A stretch of DNA of 64,000 nucleotides, taken from Spirulina sp. Its GTDB lineage: Bacteria; Cyanobacteriota; Cyanobacteriia; Phormidesmidales; Phormidesmidaceae. Of the stretch, positions 19,329-29,616 are shown in pieces. The notes below the pieces were generated by a model, which saw only the letters and a program-made list of their open reading frames with translations, made no database searches and was not told the DNA's origin. Location: the NCBI GenBank assembly GCA_044070495.1, contig JBIPSI010000012.1, forward strand, positions 89,808-153,807, given 5' to 3'. Within the stretch, counting starts at the first letter, position 1; every line of letters starts with the position of its first letter. A program made the translations under genes and the position numbers.

Positions 19329-19603
19329 GAAGCACTGTGAACTTGCTTTTCGCGGAGTTGACGGAGAGTGCCACGGTCTTGCTCTAAATCTGCCTCGTCG
19401 TAATGTAGTTCAACATTATGCTGCTTTAAGAAATTATCTACGGCCCAACGAGAGGGTAAGCCTAGTATGTGACCCACTTCGGCACTGGTAATTTTTTCTG
19501 CTTGGTAGGCTTGTATTGTAAGGGCTTCTAGAATTTCGCGGGAAAGGTTGTCTGGGTTAAAGTATTGAGCCAGTGAATCAGGCAGATCGAGAATGATTTG
19601 CAT
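19325..19603 (-). CDS. UPF0175 family antitoxin
   Basis: LTIQAYQAEKITSAEVGHILGLPSRW...YDEADLEQD; ATGA overlap with DUF3368. Confidence 0.85.
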   Translation of the reverse strand: MQIILDLPDSLAQYFNPDNLSREILEALTIQAYQAEKITSAEVGHILGLPSRWAVDNFLKQHNVELHYDEADLEQDRGTLRQLREKQVHSAS

Positions 19604-19682
19604 AGGGGAACCCCGTATATTCATACATCTTCAAGCAAGTGAGTGACCAGAACTGCTAAGGGTTTTCAGGCAAAATTAATCA

Positions 19683-19919
19683 TCAATTCTCGATAGTCTC
19701 TAGCAATTTTGCTTGAACTTCTTTGGACAATTCCACAATCACAAACCGTTTTTGTGGATAAAGATAGTCTTCGCCAGATTCATCAATGACTCGTAGACAT
19801 TCGACTTCCGCTGCTTTTGTATCTGGTAAGACTCGATAAATCTTCCATGCCTCCAGATCACTATCTTCTTCAGCGGCAATACAGATGGCAAATTTGATGT
19901 TTGAATCTATGGTATACAT
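19683..19919 (-). CDS. Conserved small hypothetical protein (IDESGEDYLYP)
   Basis: 78-aa acidic ORF, 5 nt downstream of the 20164 gene. Confidence 0.8.
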   Translation of the reverse strand: MYTIDSNIKFAICIAAEEDSDLEAWKIYRVLPDTKAAEVECLRVIDESGEDYLYPQKRFVIVELSKEVQAKLLETIEN

Positions 19920-19924
19920 CGTTT

Positions 19925-20164
19925 TTAGTCCAGGATACGCTTAACTTTCATTTTGCGCCGACCTACCCCGTGAGCTTCATACCAGTGCAGTTCGGCTTGG
20001 CAAACCTCTCCATTGGAAAACTGGACTAAGCCAGTACCTTTCAATTTGCGCCAGCGACGACCTCCAAATTCATCCTTAAGTCTTCGCAGTTCTCGAATTG
20101 ACAGATTGACGGCGATAACTTCAATGTCTGTCAGTTTACTAATTAGCTCAAAGTCACTCTCCAT
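19925..20164 (-). CDS. Conserved small basic hypothetical protein (WRKLKG...AELHWYEAHG)
   Basis: 79-aa ORF forming a bicistron with the next gene. Confidence 0.8.
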   Translation of the reverse strand: MESDFELISKLTDIEVIAVNLSIRELRRLKDEFGGRRWRKLKGTGLVQFSNGEVCQAELHWYEAHGVGRRKMKVKRILD

Positions 20165-20323
20165 GATTCAAGGTCAACATTCTGTGGGTAATCTTGAAGC
20201 ATCATAATCATTCTTCATGTTGTTAGTTCTAATTTGGTAATCAATTAGGCGTTGTCGGCAGCGGGTTAAGGATCTGTGAGCAACTCAGAGTAAACTGAGA
20301 CACCTGAAATTTTTGTAGATCTG

Positions 20324-21319
20324 CTAATGCTCCAACCAAATGAACGGCTCGTTATTGTCCTTCAATAGATTTTGCCAGTGATTAAACTTCTCACGCGGAG
20401 TTATCTTTAGGATCTCGTAATGAACATTGACATTGTTGCTTGTATTTTTACATCCGTAGCGGTAAAGATCTAGAATGACATCAAGTTCACCTTCAGTAAA
20501 CTTATGTTCTTTGCTTAAAAGATACTGTTCGTACAATTCATCCAAGATGCCTGGACTGCAAAGTTGGCTTGAAAAATTCTCTAATGTTTGAAGCCTCAGC
20601 ATCGGATAGTCAAGACTCTTGTCTTGCAAATAGCGTTTTGTTAAATATGCTTTAAGTAAATTGGCATAAGCACTTTGCAAGCATTGTGTTAAATCAAGAG
20701 AAACATTAATTTCATCTCTGTCAAGATGCTTTCCAATCAGCATCTCTATTAGAGACTCAATACTATTAAATAATTTTGAGATTTCGTTGTCTAGATACTC
20801 ACTCCATCCTAAATCTTCCATCTGATGTATGAGCGTTATACAATCTTTTATATGACACCTAACGTCTGCGACTAGCTTGCTTAACTCATGCTTGATGAGT
20901 TCTGAAATTTTGGTGTCTAAAGCGCGAATCTGATTGCAAATCTCATTTAGTTTTTTGTCAATTTTATTTAACTGATATACGACAACTGCAAAGCCTACTA
21001 CAGCCACTCCTAGCGTCGTGCCAGAAATAGCTAGGTTGAGAGTACTCAAGGCTTTAATTTCTTGGGTTAGACTGATTATTTTATTAAGTTTTGAAGTATC
21101 GCCAACCATTTTAAGTCCAGCACCTGCGACGGCAAAGGCTGGATGTACGGCACCAAGAGCACCTAATGTCTGTGGGCCAGCGGCTTTCGCCATTTCAAGA
21201 TGAGCAACTATCGCTTTAGTTCCTGCATCTCTCACCACTCCACTTTCAATTATAATTTTTCCTGCTTTTAAGGCAGATTCTAAATGCTGAGGTAGTTGAA
21301 GCAAGTATTGATATGTCAT
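20324..21319 (-). CDS. Hypothetical protein with hydrophobic helix and coiled coil
   Basis: 331-aa AT-rich ORF; ATGA overlap with the upstream gene. Confidence 0.8.
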   Translation of the reverse strand: MTYQYLLQLPQHLESALKAGKIIIESGVVRDAGTKAIVAHLEMAKAAGPQTLGALGAVHPAFAVAGAGLKMVGDTSKLNKIISLTQEIKALSTLNLAISGTTLGVAVVGFAVVVYQLNKIDKKLNEICNQIRALDTKISELIKHELSKLVADVRCHIKDCITLIHQMEDLGWSEYLDNEISKLFNSIESLIEMLIGKHLDRDEINVSLDLTQCLQSAYANLLKAYLTKRYLQDKSLDYPMLRLQTLENFSSQLCSPGILDELYEQYLLSKEHKFTEGELDVILDLYRYGCKNTSNNVNVHYEILKITPREKFNHWQNLLKDNNEPFIWLEH

Positions 21320-22143
21320 GTTAGTTGACCCTTTCTTCCTCTTTCTTTGAGTTCATTTTGATAACGAAAAGTGTAAATAGAAAGAATTGCCTGAATAAAG
21401 CGCAGTTTCTCTTGTTCACTGCCGAGCTTAATTAAGGATAGAGCAATACTTAATCCTCCAGTGCCAATGGCAATCCCCCATCCGATAGGCCCTGCTAATG
21501 CGCCAAGAACAGCTACTTGGAGTGCTTTCTGTCCCATTACATTAATCAAAAGCCATGCCATAAATCCTCGTGTAAGCTGCTGAAGCATTACGCCAGCAAC
21601 AAGTGGAACGGCAATGGGGACAGCGCCACCAATACCACCAAAAAGCAAATAATAGACTGAATTATTAATTTCTTGCTCTGTGAATTTCCGATTATACCTT
21701 CCTTCTAGATCCTTTTTTACCGTATCAACAAATTTATCTTTATCCTGATCGCTAGATTCTTTCCAAAGAAGTAAAAATATATCTCTAGCAACCGTAACCA
21801 TTAAATCAGAGTCATTCAACTTATCTTTAGAATCTAGTGCTTTTAGATCTTTGACTACCTGATCTCTCTGAGATTGATTCTCAGGCTTGACTGTTTTCTT
21901 ACCTAAAACTTCTAGAACGTAATCTCTCCACAGAACAAGAACTCTATAGGACTCTGAAGGTAGTTTCTGCTTTGCTGAAGCATAATGCTCTCTGAGTTTA
22001 GTTTTTATTCTTGCATTAAGATGGCTCTTCTGATTAATTTCATTGAATGATTGATACTCTTTAGCCTTGTTAACACCTAGAGTTTCTGCTACTGATTTAA
22101 GTTGATCTAGCTGTAAATCATTTATTGTCGCAAATAAACTCAT
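21316..22143 (-). CDS. Hypothetical membrane-associated protein (YaaW-like Gly-rich helices)
   Basis: 275-aa AT-rich ORF, LGALAGPIGWGIAIGTGG; GAGG RBS. Confidence 0.75.
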   Translation of the reverse strand: MSLFATINDLQLDQLKSVAETLGVNKAKEYQSFNEINQKSHLNARIKTKLREHYASAKQKLPSESYRVLVLWRDYVLEVLGKKTVKPENQSQRDQVVKDLKALDSKDKLNDSDLMVTVARDIFLLLWKESSDQDKDKFVDTVKKDLEGRYNRKFTEQEINNSVYYLLFGGIGGAVPIAVPLVAGVMLQQLTRGFMAWLLINVMGQKALQVAVLGALAGPIGWGIAIGTGGLSIALSLIKLGSEQEKLRFIQAILSIYTFRYQNELKERGRKGQLT

Positions 22144-22224
22144 ATCTTGACCTCAAAGAGATTTTGACTCCAGGAATTTGACTCCAGAGAATATCTTTTC
22201 AAGATTTTCTGGTATTCTAACGAA

Positions 22225-22563
22225 TCAAGCCACTGCGAAACCTGTATGCTGTCGTATTCTAGGATGACGGAAACCTAATACAATATCTTTTCTAGAAACC
22301 CCTGCCTGCATTAAATCTGTGGCTACTCCTTCTTCAGTGTCATCATATTGCACCCAAACCTTATCGCCAACTAAGCTGATGTGGATTGGGGTTGAGTGAA
22401 GGTAACGATCACCGTTCCAGCCCATATCTAGAATCAGGTATTGTCCTCGTTCATCATCAAAGACGAGTTGAGAGGTGTAACCATCAGGCAATGCGGCACG
22501 ATAATCAGCGTGATTTTGCAAAACTTTTTTGATGATGGCTTGGTATCTCAGTCGGGTATCCAT
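22225..22563 (-). CDS. xisI: XisI protein
   Basis: KVWVQYDDTEEGVATDLMQAGVSRKDIVLGFRHP. Confidence 0.95.
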   Translation of the reverse strand: MDTRLRYQAIIKKVLQNHADYRAALPDGYTSQLVFDDERGQYLILDMGWNGDRYLHSTPIHISLVGDKVWVQYDDTEEGVATDLMQAGVSRKDIVLGFRHPRIRQHTGFAVA

Positions 22564-22967
22564 TGTACAATTGCCTCACTTTCATCATCGAAGACCAATA
22601 ATTTGACTATCTGATTTTTGAGTAATACCTGTCCTAATTCTATCGTGAACACACTGTTGAAGGTTGGTTGAGTTACGGCTAGATAAAGGCTACGCTCGAT
22701 GCCCATTTCATTGAGAATCTGACGATACAGAACATACTGTCCTAGTGCCTGTTCCAAATCTCTAACATCTGACTGACCTACAAAGCTTTTTACTTCAACA
22801 ACGATGCGCTGGAATCCCCGTTCAGCGCTAATTAGCCGCTCAGCACCCAAATCAGCCGATAGACGCTTCTTGCCGATCTGAAGTGGAAAGGGATCATGGG
22901 TGATTGTCCATCCATCCTTTTGTAGAGCACGTCTTACAGCGTCATGGTAAATGTCTTTTGCTGGCAC
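22548..22967 (-). CDS. xisH: XisH protein
   Basis: AKDIYHDAVRRALQKDGWTITHDP, DLGAE, VEVKSF, ALGQY. Confidence 0.95.
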   Translation of the reverse strand: MPAKDIYHDAVRRALQKDGWTITHDPFPLQIGKKRLSADLGAERLISAERGFQRIVVEVKSFVGQSDVRDLEQALGQYVLYRQILNEMGIERSLYLAVTQPTFNSVFTIELGQVLLKNQIVKLLVFDDESEAIVQWIPD

Positions 22968-22998
22968 AGAAACCCTGAAGTAATGAAACTAACTGATC

Positions 22999-23031
22999 AG
23001 ATCCCAGGGTTCTCGGAGAACCCTGGGATCT
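22999..23031. repeat. Palindromic hairpin, near-identical to 6582-6614
   Basis: agatcccagggttctc-g-gagaaccctgggatct. Confidence 0.8.
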
Positions 23032-23041
23032 TGGCATACTC

Positions 23042-26000
23042 CTAGGCCAACTCTGATCGCACGTTCTCCTCAATAATGGCCACCTGTTCATTAGTCAGGC
23101 CCAGTTCTTCCTGAAGCTCCAGCAGTTGGGCCTGTTCTTCCAGGTCAACTTCGCCATCATTTTCGATGAACGCCCGGAACATCAGGCCATATTCGGCGGC
23201 GGCTTGTTCGATGGTGTCTTGGGGTTGGTATTGGGCCGCAATCGCATTTGCCTGTTCTACCGAAACCCCATACTTCACCCGGAATTTCTCCAACAGTTCT
23301 AGTTCCGTGGCAGAAGGATTGCCGCGACGGTAGCAGGTATCGACCAGTTTGGTGTATTTGCCCAGATTTTCATCGGCGGAGGCTGGGTTGGGTTGGGGCG
23401 CACTGCTGTGCGCCCGTACAGGATCTTGGGGAGCGGCGGTAGGTTGGGGCGCGGGATTTTCGCCAGGAATAAACAGTCGGTGGGTGGTGACGAAATTAGA
23501 AATCGCCGCCTGGATGCGTTTGTAGTCGTCGCTGTCGGGGCCACCGGGGAGGGTTTGTTCCTGCTGTTGTAGGTAGGTCATCACCTGGGCGTAGAGGGTT
23601 TGTTTTTGGGGTTTGGTGGCGGCCTGTTCACCAATGGCGCGAATGGCATTGTCTAGGGTTTCGGCGAGGCGGCGGTTTTGGTCGGTGAGGAGGAAGTCTT
23701 CGGCCTCTTGCCAGGTGGCCCCCATCACGTCGGTTTTGTCGAAGCCCGTGAGCTTGTCGCGGTAGGTAAATTTGATTTCCCCAAAGCCCGTCACCCGGTT
23801 CTCCTCCTCGCGCACCAGGCCCAGGGCGTTGGCCAGCATCAGGTTATAGCGGGCCTGCCGTTCGTTGCTGGTTTCGGGCATGATGTCGCCGAACTGGCGG
23901 TAATCTTGGTGGGTGTGGAGGGGGTTGTGGTCGGCCTGGGAAACGGCGCGGTAGAGGGATCGCATCCGTTCCATGCCCTCAATCATCCGCAGGGGAAAGG
24001 CTCCGGTTTCCTGCACAAAATAGATGTGGTAGGGGTCGTTGAGGGGGCGAATTTCCTTGTCGGTGACGGTGCTGGTTTTGCGGATCATCGGCAGCAGGGC
24101 CGACACGGCGGGGTCGGTGGGTTTGCTGCCACCCTGGATGCCCACCAGCTTTTGGTATTTCTCCAGTTTGTCGTCCCAGCCCAGTTTTTTCTGCTCTTGG
24201 CTGAGGCGCAGAAAGGCTTCGGATTTCTCGAAGGTAGTTTTGATTTGGGCTTCCTGCATTTCCACGGTGGGGTATTGTTCCAGGAACTTGCGGGCGGTGG
24301 AAATGTCGAGTTGGCTGCGGCGACGGAACACTTCCATCGATTGACCCAATAGCCGTTCGTAGAGGTCTTTGGTTTTTAGGGTATCAAATTGGTAGAGATC
24401 AAACAGGCGCAGACGCAACTCTTCAAGCACCTGTTGAGAAAGGGTTTGGCAGAGGGTTTCTTCCTGATCAGCAACGGTTTTGCTGTAGGCGGCGTCGATT
24501 TCCTTTTCGTCGTAGAGCAAGATGCCGTTGACGGTAAGTCCCCCGGTTTCGCGGGTGTAGACGCGCTCTTTGTCCTTCAGCTCGGTGTGGACGTTGGCTA
24601 GGACAGTTTCAAAGGCGGTGAGATCCACCAAAAGCTGATCAATTTCCTCCCGTAGGCCATCCAGCAGCATGACCCCCAGGGTGCGGGCTTTGACTTCTAC
24701 TTTGGACACATAGATCTGCTCTAGCGCCTGCATAATGCCATTGAAATCGTCTTCAATCACCTTTTTGCGATTGAGCATTAGCATTTGCTGAGCGTGGTTA
24801 TCGATTTGCTTCAGCAGGGTTTGTAGGGCGTTTTGGGCCGAGCGTTCTTTGGGCAACCAGTTTTTCTGACGATCTTGATCAAACTTGCTGCGGAAGTCGG
24901 CAAAAACTTCGATTAAGACTTCCAAAAACTGCCGAGTAAACTTTGGCCCCCGGAAGCGATCTTCCACCATTTGATACACCGTGGCCCGCAGTTCCTTGCG
25001 CTTTTCAGGAATCAGCCAACTGAGGTTATCCCACATTTTTTGGAAGTAGTCGCTCCAGCGTTTGGGGTCGGTGCCCGTATCGTGGAAGTGGGGGGCGTAT
25101 TTCTCCTGCTCGTTGGAGATAAACCGCTGCAAATTCTCGAAGGGAATATTCAGATCGTTGCGACGCTTGCGGATGCCCGCCGCCCAGTCCGCCACCTCCT
25201 TAGCGTAGGGCTTCTTGTTATCGCCCATGCTGATGCTGTCGATGATCTGGTGGTCGTGCTCAGATTCTGCCAAAAACAGTCCCGGCAAAATCTCGGTGCG
25301 AATCAAATCCGACATCGCCGAAGGAGCTGGGGTGGGATTACTCCACCAGTCCACCAATTTACCCGCCAGCCGCGCCGAACAAGCATTCAACACCCGCTCC
25401 ACCGGAAACTGAATACTCGACAGGCCAAAGCTCATAAAGTTTTGGGGATAGCCCAGGGCATCGGGGCTGGCCCAGTGTTTGCGGACGTTGTCTCGCACCA
25501 TTTTTTTGTACTGGCTAAAGCCGGAGGTGAAATCCAAAAACACGTTCTGGGAGACCATTTCTAGCACGTTACCCAGGGTAGGAAACGTCACCTTGTCGTT
25601 GCTGTTGCCCACCAAATAGGTGAAATTAAAGGGCATATCCAGGCCGCTTTGGCTGGTGATGCGGTCGCTCTGGCTGTCGCTGTACTGCACATCAAAACGG
25701 GTATCGCCTCGGCTGAAGTGATTGAGTTCCATCAGCGCCGCGTAGGCATTGGCAATCACCCGATCCCCCAGGCCCGAAAAGGCCCCTGGCAACACCAAAA
25801 AGGCACTGGTCTGGGGTAGTTCGGAAATCGGCACCCAGTCCCGCAGGTTGTAGGCCAAATCCAACACCATGCCGGAACCCGTACCGCCAGATAGGGAACA
25901 GACCACAAAAATATTGATGCCCTTATCCAACTGGACTTTCCACCGATCCAGCATGAATTTCTCATGGCCAACGATGCGTCCCTTGGCCTTATTGAAATAG

Positions 26001-26398
26001 TCCTTAATCAGCGGGTAATTCAAGCTAAAAGCAAATCGCCCCAGGGCACGAATTTGCCCCGCCCCCGCCAAAATAGAATCCGTTCCCTTCAGTTCGCTGG
26101 GGAACCATTCATCCAAATAGCTGTAGGCGGAAAGCTTATTCAAAATCGCCTTGGCATCCTCCACCTTGGCCCAAATTTGCTCAATGGGTCGCAGGGAAAT
26201 ATCCTGTTTCAGCACCGTCTGCGCCTCAGATACCCGCGCATTTTGCTCGGTATCGATATGCAGAAATGACACAATTGGCAACGCATCCAACGATCCGTAC
26301 TGCTCCACAATCATGCGGCGGATTTTAATCAAAATCTCTTTGCCAGTTCCCCCCAAACCAATGATGACGGTGGGGGTCATGCCTGTGTATTCGCTCAT
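23042..26398 (-). CDS. Tubulin-like (Tubulin_2/FtsZ-like) GTPase domain protein
   Basis: IIGLGGTG, GAGQIRALGR, SLSGGTGSG, ANAYAALMEL; long helical C-terminal region. Confidence 0.9.
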   Translation of the reverse strand: MSEYTGMTPTVIIGLGGTGKEILIKIRRMIVEQYGSLDALPIVSFLHIDTEQNARVSEAQTVLKQDISLRPIEQIWAKVEDAKAILNKLSAYSYLDEWFPSELKGTDSILAGAGQIRALGRFAFSLNYPLIKDYFNKAKGRIVGHEKFMLDRWKVQLDKGINIFVVCSLSGGTGSGMVLDLAYNLRDWVPISELPQTSAFLVLPGAFSGLGDRVIANAYAALMELNHFSRGDTRFDVQYSDSQSDRITSQSGLDMPFNFTYLVGNSNDKVTFPTLGNVLEMVSQNVFLDFTSGFSQYKKMVRDNVRKHWASPDALGYPQNFMSFGLSSIQFPVERVLNACSARLAGKLVDWWSNPTPAPSAMSDLIRTEILPGLFLAESEHDHQIIDSISMGDNKKPYAKEVADWAAGIRKRRNDLNIPFENLQRFISNEQEKYAPHFHDTGTDPKRWSDYFQKMWDNLSWLIPEKRKELRATVYQMVEDRFRGPKFTRQFLEVLIEVFADFRSKFDQDRQKNWLPKERSAQNALQTLLKQIDNHAQQMLMLNRKKVIEDDFNGIMQALEQIYVSKVEVKARTLGVMLLDGLREEIDQLLVDLTAFETVLANVHTELKDKERVYTRETGGLTVNGILLYDEKEIDAAYSKTVADQEETLCQTLSQQVLEELRLRLFDLYQFDTLKTKDLYERLLGQSMEVFRRRSQLDISTARKFLEQYPTVEMQEAQIKTTFEKSEAFLRLSQEQKKLGWDDKLEKYQKLVGIQGGSKPTDPAVSALLPMIRKTSTVTDKEIRPLNDPYHIYFVQETGAFPLRMIEGMERMRSLYRAVSQADHNPLHTHQDYRQFGDIMPETSNERQARYNLMLANALGLVREEENRVTGFGEIKFTYRDKLTGFDKTDVMGATWQEAEDFLLTDQNRRLAETLDNAIRAIGEQAATKPQKQTLYAQVMTYLQQQEQTLPGGPDSDDYKRIQAAISNFVTTHRLFIPGENPAPQPTAAPQDPVRAHSSAPQPNPASADENLGKYTKLVDTCYRRGNPSATELELLEKFRVKYGVSVEQANAIAAQYQPQDTIEQAAAEYGLMFRAFIENDGEVDLEEQAQLLELQEELGLTNEQVAIIEENVRSELA

Positions 26399-26705
26399 AG
26401 CTGGGACACCGAAGGTAGGTGAAGGATGGTGGACACGGACTGCTCCTAGTCTAGCCAGCAATCCACGGCCCTGCCCCTAAGCTAGACCAGCCCTAGGGCT
26501 TGCCCCCGCAATCTTCAAGAAAATTCGAGAATTGGAACGGGAAAGCTCATGTAAAGCGGGTTTTCATCCGTTGTAGGACACTGTTAGGCGAAGCGGTAAC
26601 GCACCTTTACCTAAGACTGGTACCCACCCTCAAGCGCTGATGCATTACGCTGGAGCTAATGTAGCCTACCGATCTCGAATTCTGGCTCACAGCAAGCTAT
26701 CGCCC

Positions 26706-27041
26706 ATGAATACCCAACTGGCCAATTCCCTTGCAGAAGCCGTATCAGCCCTTCCTCTGGAAGACTTTCAGGCGTTTCAGGTAGCCCTACTGGATCATAT
26801 GGTGCAAAAAACGCCGGGGGTCGCTGGGGGCCATGCCTGCATTCGCCAGACCCGCATTGCTGTGTGGACACTGATTTCCCTCACCCATCAAGGAATGGAC
26901 GATGAGCGGATCTTGAGCAACTTTCCAGGGTTAACCCCCCTAGATCTTTTAGCGGCCAAAGCCTACTACCAGACCTGCCAGGCCGAAATTGATGCTTTGA
27001 TCACCTCTCACCACAGCGAGGATGGTTGGGATGAGGTTTAG
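26706..27041 (+). CDS. DUF433 antitoxin
   Basis: KTPGVAGGHACIRQTRIAVW. Confidence 0.9.
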   Translation: MNTQLANSLAEAVSALPLEDFQAFQVALLDHMVQKTPGVAGGHACIRQTRIAVWTLISLTHQGMDDERILSNFPGLTPLDLLAAKAYYQTCQAEIDALITSHHSEDGWDEV

Positions 27042-27423
27042 GTTCTATGCCAATGAGAACTTAACGGCAGAATTAGTCGAGGCACTACGAAAACTGGGTC
27101 ACGATGTTTTGACCTCCTACGAAGCGGGGACTGCCAATCAACGCATTCCCGATAATCAGGTTTTAGCGAATGCTACCGCTGACGAACGGGCGGTGCTCAC
27201 CTTCAATCGCGATGATTTTTTAGCCTTGCATCGTAGCGGAATCAATCACAGCGGCATTGTGGTGTGCAAGGACAACAGTGATGAGCAAAAGCTCAGCCAC
27301 GCTCTGAACGACTACCTCGCAACGCAGGACACCCTAAACGACCGATTACTAAGGGTTATGCAACGGAATCAGCCTGGACTCAGTCAGCCCGTGTTCATCG
27401 TGCGTGAGTATGGCCGCTGTTAA
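27031..27423 (+). CDS. DUF5615 PIN-like toxin
   Basis: RFYANENL, GHDVLT, IPDNQVL, LTFNRDDF, HSGI. Confidence 0.9.
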   Translation: MRFRFYANENLTAELVEALRKLGHDVLTSYEAGTANQRIPDNQVLANATADERAVLTFNRDDFLALHRSGINHSGIVVCKDNSDEQKLSHALNDYLATQDTLNDRLLRVMQRNQPGLSQPVFIVREYGRC

Positions 27424-27451
27424 AGTCGGGCATCGAAGGGATTTAGATCGA

Positions 27452-27694
27452 TCAATAAATCTCGGGTTCGGGCTGGGGGACGGCGAAGTTAGAGGGGTCG
27501 TTGAGGTAGCGCAGGGCGTCTTCCTCTAGGCGATGGATAAGGTAAGGCTCTAGGGCATCGGCGTGGCGCAGGGCGGCCAAGTAGCCTTCTAAGAAGAGGC
27601 GGAGGTCGCTGGTGCGATAGCCTCGGTGCCAATGGTCTACAAAGGCATCGGTTATCCGCTGATAGTAACGAACCGCTTTGGCATCCTGAAGCAT
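27452..27694 (-). CDS. Conserved cyanobacterial protein (DUF6761-like)
   Basis: MLQDAKAVRYYQRITDA...IHRLEEDALRYLNDPSNF. Confidence 0.8.
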   Translation of the reverse strand: MLQDAKAVRYYQRITDAFVDHWHRGYRTSDLRLFLEGYLAALRHADALEPYLIHRLEEDALRYLNDPSNFAVPQPEPEIY

Positions 27695-27981
27695 AGGTCT
27701 TTTGGTAATGGCTCCACTACGATGGGGGATCTAGGCGTCCCCCTATTGAATAAAGTTCCCACTTTTGAGAGAACGACACCCTACCCCTTAATGTAGCTTC
27801 ATAGTCGAGTGAGGGAAGTTCGTGTTAACAACTTCTTATTGTTTACATTTACCATTCTAGCGGATATCCCCATGGCCCTGGGGGCGGTGCGGTGCGGTGT
27901 TGGGCAGGGCCATTTCTGGGGCTGGCGCAACGCGCTAAGATAGGAAGCTGCGTCCTAGTATTACCTCCAGAGCGACACCCT

Positions 27982-29343
27982 ATGTCTGGTTCCGCCCGTC
28001 AATACCACATCACCACCTTCGGCTGCCAAATGAACAAAGCCGACTCTGAACGCATGGCAGGGATTCTGGACGACATGGGCATGGTGTGGACGGATGACCC
28101 CTACCAGGCCGATGTGGTGCTGTACAACACCTGCACCATTCGCGACAACGCCGAGCAAAAGGTCTATTCCTATCTGGGGCGGCAGGCCAAACGCAAGCAG
28201 GAGAAGCCGGATCTGACCCTGATTGTGGCGGGTTGTGTGGCCCAGCAAGAAGGGGAATCCCTGCTGCGGCGGGTGCCAGAACTGGATTTGATTATGGGGC
28301 CGCAGCACGCCAACCGTCTGCAAGATTTGCTGGAACAGGTGATGGACGGCAACCAGGTCGTCGCCACCGAGTCCATCGACATTATGGAGGACATCACCAA
28401 GCCCCGCCGCGACAGCGACGTAACGGCCTGGGTGAACGTGATCTACGGCTGCAACGAGCGCTGTACCTACTGCGTGGTACCCGGTGTGCGCGGCATCGAG
28501 CAATCCCGCACGCCGGAAGCTATTCGGGCAGAAATGGAGGAACTGGGTCGCCAGGGCTTTAAGGAAGTGACCCTGTTGGGCCAAAATATCGACGCCTACG
28601 GACGGGATTTGCCCGGTTCCACCGCCGATGGCCGCCACCAGCACACCTTCACCGACCTGCTGTACTTCGTCCACGATGTCCCCGGCATCGAGCGCATCCG
28701 CTTTGCCACCAGCCACCCCCGCTACTTCACCGAGCGGCTGATTCGCGCCTGTGCCGAACTGCCCAAGGTCTGCGAACATTTCCACATCCCCTTCCAGTCG
28801 GGCGACAACGATGTTCTCAAAGCCATGGCACGGGGCTACACCCACGAAAAATATCGCCGCATCATCGACACCCTCCGCCGCTACATGCCCGACGCCGCCA
28901 TCAGTGCCGATGCCATTGTGGGCTTTCCCGGCGAAACCGAGGAACAGTTCCAGCACACCCTCGATCTGGTCAACGACATCGCCTTCGACCAACTGAACAC
29001 CGCCGCCTACTCCCCCCGCCCCGGCACCCCCGCCGCCCTGTGGGAAAACCAGCTTTCCGAAGACGTCAAGGCCGACCGTCTGCAACGGCTGAATCACCTC
29101 GTCGCCCAAAAGGCCGCCGAACGCTCCCAGCGCTACCAGGGCCGTATCGAAGAGGTGCTGGTGGAAGCCACCAACCCCAAAAATCCCGCCCAGGTGATGG
29201 GCCGCACCCGTGGCAATCGCCTCACCTTCTTCCCTGGAGACATCGCCACAATGAAGGGTGAATTAATCCAGGTGAAAATCACCGAAGTCCGGCCTTTTAG
29301 TCTTACCGGAGATCCCCTCCAAGCGCTAGTAACTGCTGGGTAG
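27982..29343 (+). CDS. miaB: tRNA methylthiotransferase MiaB
   Basis: [22 protein letters not shown], radical [15 protein letters not shown] domain. Confidence 0.97.
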   Translation: MSGSARQYHITTFGCQMNKADSERMAGILDDMGMVWTDDPYQADVVLYNTCTIRDNAEQKVYSYLGRQAKRKQEKPDLTLIVAGCVAQQEGESLLRRVPELDLIMGPQHANRLQDLLEQVMDGNQVVATESIDIMEDITKPRRDSDVTAWVNVIYGCNERCTYCVVPGVRGIEQSRTPEAIRAEMEELGRQGFKEVTLLGQNIDAYGRDLPGSTADGRHQHTFTDLLYFVHDVPGIERIRFATSHPRYFTERLIRACAELPKVCEHFHIPFQSGDNDVLKAMARGYTHEKYRRIIDTLRRYMPDAAISADAIVGFPGETEEQFQHTLDLVNDIAFDQLNTAAYSPRPGTPAALWENQLSEDVKADRLQRLNHLVAQKAAERSQRYQGRIEEVLVEATNPKNPAQVMGRTRGNRLTFFPGDIATMKGELIQVKITEVRPFSLTGDPLQALVTAG

Positions 29344-29391
29344 AGCAGCCTCAAGCACTCTGAACCGCCAACCTCAATTAGGAGATTTTCG

Positions 29392-29616
29392 ATGCAGGTA
29401 CACCTTGATCTGCCAGACTCCATCAACGTTGATGCGACCTATGTCCAAGAGGCCCTGATGGCGGTGCTGTACTCTACGGGCAAGGTATCTGCCCACCAAG
29501 CCTGTCAAATTCTTAATCGAACTCGTCGGTCTTTTGAGGAAATGCCGCCTCAGTATGGTGTCTCGGTGCTAGTCGATAGCGACGATAACCTAGCTATTGA
29601 ATTGGATGTTGAATGA
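29392..29616 (+). CDS. UPF0175 family antitoxin
   Basis: LYSTGKVSAHQACQIL; ATGA overlap with the next gene. Confidence 0.75.
   Translation: MQVHLDLPDSINVDATYVQEALMAVLYSTGKVSAHQACQILNRTRRSFEEMPPQYGVSVLVDSDDNLAIELDVE

Noticed and set aside
22225..22967. xisH/xisI as evidence of an fdxN excision element
   Set aside because: No xisF recombinase or nif genes are nearby; stand-alone pairs are common in cyanobacteria.
27961..29109. 382-aa ORF antisense to miaB (likewise 37622-38629, 61855-62628 and other long shadow ORFs)
   Set aside because: These are antisense shadows of well-supported GC3-rich genes, with no recognisable motifs.
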